Shown one piece after another: positions 50,665 to 58,328 of a stretch of 58,328 nucleotides of DNA. The stretch lies in the NCBI GenBank assembly GCA_963705165.1, contig CAVPJD010000021.1, positions 1 to 58,328 on the forward strand. The letters are read 5' to 3'. The stretch comes from an uncultured delta proteobacterium. GTDB taxonomy: Bacteria > Desulfobacterota > Syntrophia > Syntrophales > UBA2192. Both the position numbers and the translations under genes were made by a program. The notes beneath the pieces were generated by a model. The model was given only the letters and a program-made list of their open reading frames with translations, had not been told where the DNA came from and searched no databases. Within the stretch, counting starts at the first letter, position 1. Every line of letters begins with the position of its first letter.

Positions 50665-51071
50665 CCGTTTCTTCTCCCTCCTTTCGTAAAGGAGGGGAGG
50701 CTTTTCGAAAAGAAGTCATCGCGAGCCGAGCCGCGCGAGGCGTGGCGATCTACGTTATCCTTCCTCGTCCCCTGTCTCTTCTTCCTCTTCACCTAAGCAC
50801 TTAGCCACTTCTTCTTCCCCGCCGCCCGGCGATCAAATCCGACCATCCCGGAATGACCTCCAAGAGATAACCCGCCAATTTCATTGCGAATTCAAATTAG
50901 CTATCCCAATTTGGCACACCAGCAACGAGGCCCCCGCCGACTCGCCATGTCAGTATCTATTTGATTTATTTGACAATTTAGCTTAGCTGGCCCACGGCAC
51001 ACTCGATGCGATTGGGGGTAGGGCAAGAGGAGTGATTGCCAATGATCAAGACAGTGTGGGGAGAGCGGAAC

Positions 51072-53069
51072 ATGGAAAAAAAGGTTTCAGCCATCCTGGT
51101 ATCGATAGTGTTTCTGGCCTTGATATCGTCATGCGGTGGCAACGGTGGAGGCAGTGTCGGAGGCGGAGCCGCGGCTCCTTCCGCCTCGCTCGTTTCCATC
51201 GAAGTCACACCGGCCGAACCGGTCATTGCCCTCGGGACGACAACGCAGCTGAAGGCCACCGGCATCTATTCGGACAAAAGCAAAAAGGATCTGACCCCTT
51301 CCGTCGACTGGCACTCGTCGGATGACGCCGTCGTCACCGTCAGTCTCGGGCTTGCGAGGTCTGTGGGCCGCGGATCCGCCGTCATCGGGGCGGCATCGGG
51401 AAGCGTCTCGGGAATCATCTCGGGAAGAGGGACGCTTACCGTGACGGACGCAACGCTGGTCTCCATCCAGGTGACCCCGGCCAACCCGGAGACCGCCCTG
51501 GGAACGACGAAGCAGTTCACCGCCACGGGTGTCTTCTCCGACGATTCGGTGCAGAACCTGACGGAGCAGGTGGACTGGAGCGCAGCCGACGGCTCCGTCG
51601 CCTCCGTGAGCAACTCGGCCGGCTCCAGGGGGCTTGCCACACCCGCCGGGATCGGCGCAACCACCGTGTCAGCCACACTGGACGGCGTTACGGGGAGCAC
51701 GGACTTCACGGTGACCGAGGCTTTCCTTGTCTCCATCCAGGTCACGCCTTCGAACCCGTCCATTCCGAAAGGGATGACCCTGCAGTTCAGCGCAACGGGC
51801 ATCTATTCCGATCATTCCACCCAGGACCTGACCAAACAGGTGAGCTGGGTCTCCTCCGACCCCTTCGTGGCCTTCGTCAGCAACGCGGCGGGCTCCAACG
51901 GGTTGGCCGCGGCCCTCGCCGTCGGCCCCGCAGACGTCAGCGCCACCCTCGACGGGGTAACGGGAAGCACGGACTTCACGGTCACCGAGGCGGCCCTTGT
52001 CTCCATCCAGATCACGCCTGAAAACCCGAGCCTCGCCAGGGGGACAACCCGGCAGCTGACCGCAACGGGCATCTATTCGGACAACTCCACCCAGGACCTC
52101 ACCAGGCAGGTGACCTGGACCGTCATCGACCCCTCGGTGGCTTCCGTCAGCAACGCGGATGGCTCCGACGGACTGGCCACGGCACTCGCCGTCGGTTCGG
52201 CAACCGTAAGCGCCGCCCTCGGCACCGTGTCCGGGACCACGAACCTCGAGGTGACGGCAGCGACGCTGGTGGCAATCGAAGTGAGCCCGGCGGATCCCAG
52301 CCTTTCCAAGGGGACGACCCGGCAGCTGACCGCCACGGGCACCTATACCGACAACTCCACCCAGGACCTGACCAGGCAGGTGACCTGGACCGTCATCGAC
52401 CCCTCCGTGGCTTCCGTCAGCAACGCGGCAGGCACCAACGGGCTTGCCACGGCCCTCGCCGTCGGCCCGGCCACAGTCAGCGCGACCCTCGGCTCTGTTT
52501 TCGGGACCACGACCCTCACCGTGACGGCCGCCGTGCTGGTGTCCATCGAGGTGGACCCCTACGATTTCGTGACTGTCATGGGTGTAACCCGGCAGTTCAC
52601 AGCCTCGGGCGTCTATTCCGACAGCACGGTGCAGGATCTGACGCAGCAGGTGACCTGGAACACGTCCGCCAAGTCCGTAGCCACCATCAGCAACGCCGCC
52701 GGTTCCAAAGGTCTTGCGACCCCCGCCAAAGTAGGCTCGACCACCATTTCCGCCACAATGGGCGGCCTCAAGGGCAGCACGAACCTGACGGTCAGCAACG
52801 CAACGCTTGCCTCCATCACGGTGAAGCCAGACGGCCAGAGCCTCCCTGTCGGCAAGACCCTGCAGTTCACCGCCACGGGACATTACTCCAACGGCATGTC
52901 CCTGGACATCACGAAGGCGGCCACCTGGAAATCGTCATCCACAAAGGTCGCGAAAGTCGGCAATGCAAAGACGGACAAGGGCCTGGCGACGGGAGTCAAG
53001 AAAGGCAAGGCCACCATCACGGCAACCCTTAGCAAGAAATCGGGCACAGCGGTAATGGCCGTGGAATAA
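51072..53069 (+). CDS. Lipoprotein with seven tandem bacterial Ig-like (Big_2) domains, Lig-like adhesin
   Basis: Lipobox ISSC, Gly linker, 7 repeats of about 90 aa (LVSIxVTP...ATGxYSDxSxQDLTxQVxW), about 270-bp DNA periodicity. Confidence 0.9.
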   Translation: MEKKVSAILVSIVFLALISSCGGNGGGSVGGGAAAPSASLVSIEVTPAEPVIALGTTTQLKATGIYSDKSKKDLTPSVDWHSSDDAVVTVSLGLARSVGRGSAVIGAASGSVSGIISGRGTLTVTDATLVSIQVTPANPETALGTTKQFTATGVFSDDSVQNLTEQVDWSAADGSVASVSNSAGSRGLATPAGIGATTVSATLDGVTGSTDFTVTEAFLVSIQVTPSNPSIPKGMTLQFSATGIYSDHSTQDLTKQVSWVSSDPFVAFVSNAAGSNGLAAALAVGPADVSATLDGVTGSTDFTVTEAALVSIQITPENPSLARGTTRQLTATGIYSDNSTQDLTRQVTWTVIDPSVASVSNADGSDGLATALAVGSATVSAALGTVSGTTNLEVTAATLVAIEVSPADPSLSKGTTRQLTATGTYTDNSTQDLTRQVTWTVIDPSVASVSNAAGTNGLATALAVGPATVSATLGSVFGTTTLTVTAAVLVSIEVDPYDFVTVMGVTRQFTASGVYSDSTVQDLTQQVTWNTSAKSVATISNAAGSKGLATPAKVGSTTISATMGGLKGSTNLTVSNATLASITVKPDGQSLPVGKTLQFTATGHYSNGMSLDITKAATWKSSSTKVAKVGNAKTDKGLATGVKKGKATITATLSKKSGTAVMAVE

Positions 53070-53655
53070 GCGCACCCCATTCTTCGCCGAAATGCAAATC
53101 CCCCCGTCCCCCCTTTTCCAAAGGGGGGATTTTTTCGACCGCTCTCACCCCCCTGCCGCCCTCTCACCTGGATTTCCCTCTCCCCCGGCGGGAGAAGGCA
53201 AGGGTGAGGGGGGCTTGAGATCGGGCACCCTCCTTTGCACAGAGACGGTGCCGCAATGTCATTGCGAAGGAGCGAAGCGACTGAAGCAATCTCGGATGTT
53301 CCTCGAAAAGATTGAGATAGCCGCCTCCCTTTTTGATAAAGGGGGAAAGAGGGGGATTTTCCATCGGCTGTCTTCTTCTCTTTTCGATTCCGGAAACCCG
53401 AAACCCGAATCCCGATGCCTGTTGCTGTCCCCCAATTCTCCAATACCCCATACCCCATCTTCGGACGAAACAGACCAAATAGACTAAATAGACTTGATTG
53501 ACCAGAGAGCCGCGAAGCTGCTTACTACCCAATTACTGCCCCATCGCGTACTGAGTAAATTTACTCATTGCATTGAGTAAATATTGTGATGAGACCATGG
53601 TGCCACTCCCGGGTTAATACGCTATAATGAACTATGTAATACTATTTATTATTGA

Positions 53656-53677
53656 CTTACATTATACATTATGTAAG
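53656..53677. promoter_or_regulatory. Candidate TA operator CTTACAT-N8-ATGTAAG overlapping a TTGACT -35
   Basis: Inverted repeat immediately upstream of the AbrB-type antitoxin. Confidence 0.55.
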
Positions 53678-53702
53678 CTATCTGCAAATGGAGGTCCATC
53701 CC

Positions 53703-53933
53703 ATGGAAAGATCCACCGTCACCGTCAAGGGACAGATTGTCATTCCCGCTAAATTGAGACACAAATTCGGCATTAAGAAGGGTACCCAGGTCTATCTGTA
53801 CGAGAAGGGGAACGAGATCGTCATCAAGCCCATCACCGACGAGTACCTGTTAGGCGTCAAAGGCATGACAAGAACGGGGGGTAAGCTTCTCAAGGCACTG
53901 AAAGAAGAAAAAGCACGGGAGAAGAACCTGTGA
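53703..53933 (+). CDS. AbrB/MazE-type antitoxin (VapB-like)
   Basis: SD GGAGG, STVTVKGQIVIPAKLRHKFGIKKG. Confidence 0.88.
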   Translation: MERSTVTVKGQIVIPAKLRHKFGIKKGTQVYLYEKGNEIVIKPITDEYLLGVKGMTRTGGKLLKALKEEKAREKNL

Positions 53934-54337
53934 AAGCAAAGACGCGCGTCCTGGACGCTTACAGCCTCATCGCCTACCTGGAAAACGAGTCCGGCTCCGA
54001 CCGGGTCATGGAACTCATCCAGGCTGCCAGGGACAGCGGCCGGGACCTTCTGCTTTCCGTCATCAACTGGGGCGAAGTGTACTACATCACCCTCAGGGAG
54101 TTGGGGCAAAAGCAGGCCGATGAGGTGGCGCGGGTCATATCGGCGCTCCCCATTCGGATCGTCGATGTGGATATGGTCACAGCCAGGCAGGCCGCAACCT
54201 ACAAGGCCGGCAAAAAGATGTCCTATGCCGACTGCATCGCAGCAGCCACGGCCAAACTCCACAAGGCGGAGCTGGTAACAGGGGACAAGGATTTCAAGCA
54301 GGTCGAGGACGAGGTGCAGATCCTCTGGGTTGCGTAG
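53930..54337 (+). CDS. vapC: PIN-domain toxin VapC
   Basis: VLDAYSL, NWGEVYY, SYADC, LVTGDKDF. GTGA overlap with the antitoxin. Confidence 0.9.
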   Translation: MKAKTRVLDAYSLIAYLENESGSDRVMELIQAARDSGRDLLLSVINWGEVYYITLRELGQKQADEVARVISALPIRIVDVDMVTARQAATYKAGKKMSYADCIAAATAKLHKAELVTGDKDFKQVEDEVQILWVA

Positions 54338-54511
54338 CTCAATTTCTGTCAGCTCTTGGCTCTTTCCTTCCCGAATCCCGAATCCCGAAGCCCGGTTTTT
54401 ATCCTTCACGAGTAGTTGCTCCGCAGCAAAACGAAAGAACTCATTGACATTACATTGGATTTCACGCTATAGGTTTTATTGTCATCTCGACAGAAAGGAA
54501 TCAATGATGCC

Positions 54512-54805
54512 ATGCGTACACTTGAGGCGATCAGCACGATCCTGAAAAAAAATAAATCCGGATTCCGCAAGGCATACAAGGTCAGGGAAATTGGTGTTTT
54601 TGGATCTTATGCAAGGCGCCGCCAGAAAGAGAGCAGTGACGTAGATATTCTCGTCGAATTTGACGAATCTCCCGATCTGTTCACGTTCCTGGAGTTTGAG
54701 GGAAAACTCGAAAAATTGCTGAAAACAAAGGTAGACCTCGTCACCAAGCAGGCCCTCAGGCCGGAGCTCAAGGAGCGGATACTCAGCGAAGTGGTCTACG
54801 TATGA
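54512..54805 (+). CDS. Minimal nucleotidyltransferase antitoxin
   Basis: GVFGSYARRRQKESSDVDILVEF (GS-x10-DxD). Confidence 0.9.
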   Translation: MRTLEAISTILKKNKSGFRKAYKVREIGVFGSYARRRQKESSDVDILVEFDESPDLFTFLEFEGKLEKLLKTKVDLVTKQALRPELKERILSEVVYV

Positions 54806-55225
54806 AGAGGGATTACAACTTCTACATAAAAGATATTCTGCAGAGCATCATCCAGATAGAAATATTCGTCGAGGGAATGGATTATAAAGAATTCCTGCGC
54901 GACGAAAAGACGGCCAGTGCCGTTATTAGAAAGCTCGAAATCATTGGTGAGGCCGCCAAGCACATTCCTGCCAGGGTAAGGCAAGCGCACCCGAAGCTAC
55001 CATGGAATGAAATGGCGAGGATGCGGGATAAACTGATTCACGGCTATTTCGGTGTTGATTATGACCGGGGGCGCATCCGGCAGGGTGCGCAATCATGTCT
55101 GGTTCTTTCCTTGCCGGGAAGCCCCGCCGCATGGGCGGGAGCTTCAAATTGTCTGGAAGGTTGTCAAAGAACGACTGCCGGACGTGAAATCGTCTTTAGA
55201 AATAATCATCGCAGATTTGGATTGA
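54802..55225 (+). pseudogene. DUF86/HEPN toxin interrupted by an 82-bp insertion
   Basis: RMRDKLIHGYFGVDY then the insert. IVWKVVKERLPDVKSSLEIIIADLD* resumes at 55148 in another frame. Removing 82 bp gives a 113-aa ORF. Confidence 0.85.
55065..55146 (+). mobile_element. Miniature non-autonomous IS200/IS605-like element (PATE-like)
   Basis: Left hairpin GCGCATCC-GGCA-GGGTGCGC. Right hairpin GAAGCCCCGCC-GCATG-GGCGGGAGCTTC ending TTCA. No target duplication. Confidence 0.7.
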
Positions 55226-55820
55226 ACCACCCACCAATTCTTAATTCGATAGCCGATACCCTTTTTCTGTACCACTAATCCCGAATCCCGAAGCCTTTCT
55301 TCTCTTCACTCAGGCACTCAAACACTCAGACACTCAAACAATTCTTTTTGCACCGGTCACTGCCGCACTGAGGCCCGCCTTTCTGTCATTGCGAGCACCC
55401 GGAGGGTGCGCGGCAATCTCGCCCTGCGGTTGTTATTGTTCCCGACGCCCGAATCCCTATTCACTGACACAGCCTTCCTCCACTTCTTCCACTTCCTGCA
55501 CTTCCTTCACTGCCGCTTCGCGGCAAGACCAGACAGACCTTCTCCCCACCGAAATAGACGAAACAAACGAAATGAACGAAATAGACGTTTTTCTTTGTGC
55601 CTTGCGGCTTTTGCTTTCTCCCGTCTCCCAATTCCCTGTCTTCGGACGAAACAGACCAAAGGTTATTCAATGATCATTGAACAATCACGGCCGCCATGCC
55701 CTCTTGTTCAAGAATACTTGAATAACCGGACGTGCGAGGTGATGAAAAAGAGATTGACTCTGCTGTACAGCATAATGTAAATTTGCATTGCAATATTACA
55801 GTATGTAAGGCATAACGCAC

Positions 55821-57005
55821 ATGAAAGACCATGCCGTCATCCCTCGCCTTCTTCAGCGGCCTGACCGATCCTTCTTCCTTTTCGGCCCCCGCGGAACGGG
55901 CAAAAGCACATGGTTGCAGCAGGTACTGCCCGATACCTTCCGTCTCGATCTTTTGGACGCCTCTCTCTTTCTTGAGCTTTCCCGGGAGCCTCATCGGCTC
56001 GAAGCCCTGATCGGCCGTCGCCCTGCCGGTGCCTGGATTGTGCTGGATGAGGTTCAGAAGGTGCCTGCCCTGTTGGACGAGGTCCATCGCCTCATGGAAT
56101 TGTATCGATGGCGCTTCGCCCTCTGCGGGTCCTCGGCCCGAAAGCTCCGAAGGGGAGGGGCTAATCTTCTCGCCGGCCGCGCCCTTACGTTGTCCATGGA
56201 GAGCTTCTCTGCTGCCGAGCTGGGGGCGGCATTCGATCTCGATAGAGCGCTGGACTGGGGGTTGCTTCCTTTCGTCCACAACGAGCCCGATGCCGCGGCG
56301 GACATCCTTGCAGCCTATGTCAACACATACCTGAAAGAGGAGCTCCAGGCAGAGGGCCTGATCCGCAATGTCCCACCCTTCGTGCGTTTTCTTGCCGTTG
56401 CCGGCCAGATAAACGGACAGGTTGTCAACGCCCAGAACATCGCCCGGGAGGCGGCCGTCGCCCGCAGCACGGTGGATACCTACTTTGCCATCCTTACGGA
56501 CACACTGCTCGGCCATCGGCTTCCCGCCTGGCGCCCTGGCCTCAAGGTAAGGGAGTCGGCCCAGCCAAAATTCTACTGGTTTGATCCGGGCGTGGCACGA
56601 GCCGCTGCCGGGTTACTTCGTGATCATGCCGACCGCTTATGGCAAGGGTATGCGCTGGAGACCCTCATCTACCACGAGCTTCGAGTCTACAACGAGGTCA
56701 GCCGGAAGCATCGCCTTATCAGCTATTATCGAACACCGGCCGGCGTAGAGATCGACTTCATCATTGAGACGGCGAAACGGCGCCCCGGCAGTGCTCCGCG
56801 GGTGGTCGCCATCGAGGTCAAGCGGGCGGAGCGTTGGGACCGCGCATGGGAAAAGCCGATGCAGGCGCTTGCCGCCTCAACCGGCATCAAGGTCGATCGC
56901 ATGATCGGGGTTTACTGCGGCTCGCGGGCCTATCGCTTCGGCGAGGTCCAGGTTTGGCCAGTGGCCGACTTCGTGAAGGCGTTGTATGCCGGTGACGTAT
57001 TTTAA
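55821..57005 (+). CDS. AAA_14 ATPase with a DUF4143/PD-(D/E)xK C-terminal domain
   Basis: FGPRGTGKST, VLDEVQK, CGSSA, KFYWFDPG, EIDFII...AIEVK. Confidence 0.9.
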   Translation: MKDHAVIPRLLQRPDRSFFLFGPRGTGKSTWLQQVLPDTFRLDLLDASLFLELSREPHRLEALIGRRPAGAWIVLDEVQKVPALLDEVHRLMELYRWRFALCGSSARKLRRGGANLLAGRALTLSMESFSAAELGAAFDLDRALDWGLLPFVHNEPDAAADILAAYVNTYLKEELQAEGLIRNVPPFVRFLAVAGQINGQVVNAQNIAREAAVARSTVDTYFAILTDTLLGHRLPAWRPGLKVRESAQPKFYWFDPGVARAAAGLLRDHADRLWQGYALETLIYHELRVYNEVSRKHRLISYYRTPAGVEIDFIIETAKRRPGSAPRVVAIEVKRAERWDRAWEKPMQALAASTGIKVDRMIGVYCGSRAYRFGEVQVWPVADFVKALYAGDVF

Positions 57006-57055
57006 AGATCTTTTTAGATAGGTTTTCCCCAAGGCCTTGCAGCAGAACCCTGAAC

Positions 57056-57118
57056 CCCGAAGCCCGAAGCCCGAAGCCCGAAGCCCGAAGCCCGAAGCCC
57101 GAAGCCCGAAGCCCGAAG
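57056..57118 (+). repeat. Perfect heptamer tandem repeat (CCCGAAG)x9
   Basis: Counted directly. Degenerate CCCGAA(T/G) units also at about 36275, 53395, 54370 and 55280. Confidence 0.95.
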
Positions 57119-57184
57119 CCCTGTCTCCCCCAATCAACCAATTAACTTGTATGTTACCTAGCTCTTGTTCATGTGTTCATATAA

Positions 57185-58306
<1,122 letters not shown>

Positions 58307-58328
58307 ACTCTCAACTTGAAACACAGCT

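Noticed and set aside
49011..50804. Natural DctQ-DctM fusion
   Set aside because: An SD-like GGAGA and an ATGA overlap at 49377 indicate separate genes. One extra G in the GGGG run would explain the read-through in an indel-rich region.
55065..55278. Extended C-terminal domain on the DUF86 protein
   Set aside because: It is an artefact of the 82-bp insertion. The true C-terminus is in another frame ending at 55225.
56877..57141. ORFs with (ASGFGLR)n repeats
   Set aside because: These are simply translations of the heptamer tandem repeat.

Overview
GC-rich bacterial chromosomal window, probably from an anaerobic deltaproteobacterium (Syntrophales-like; inferred from tRNA-Sec, a PEP-CTERM protein, TRAP systems and the repeat style). 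From left to right it holds: the 3' half of a Tad/Flp pilus locus; an AT-rich accessory island (GT2-GtrA fusion, GT-C glycosyltransferase, IS481, RHH protein, sigma-54 activator lacking a sensor domain, phage-type HTH, integrase remnant) ending just before selC; tex, yihY, a dksA-like gene, mscS and RNase II; a secreted PLC/P1-nuclease-like plus PEP-CTERM module; a sugar-acid catabolic cluster (DUF1537 kinase, PdxA2, LarA family, two TRAP systems); a 7-repeat Ig-like lipoprotein; three toxin-antitoxin pairs; an AAA_14 ATPase; and an IS110. Three signals stand out and are absent from the ORF track. (1) A minus-strand operon of five tiny ORFs at 29449-30087, four of them sharing a W-x-D-P-[ML]-x-x-P motif. 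(2) An IS110 bridge-RNA-like leader whose guides appear to read a host 8-bp tandem repeat. (3) An 82-bp IS200/IS605-like miniature element inserted in a HEPN toxin gene. Many single-base frameshifts suggest long-read assembly errors rather than true pseudogenes.
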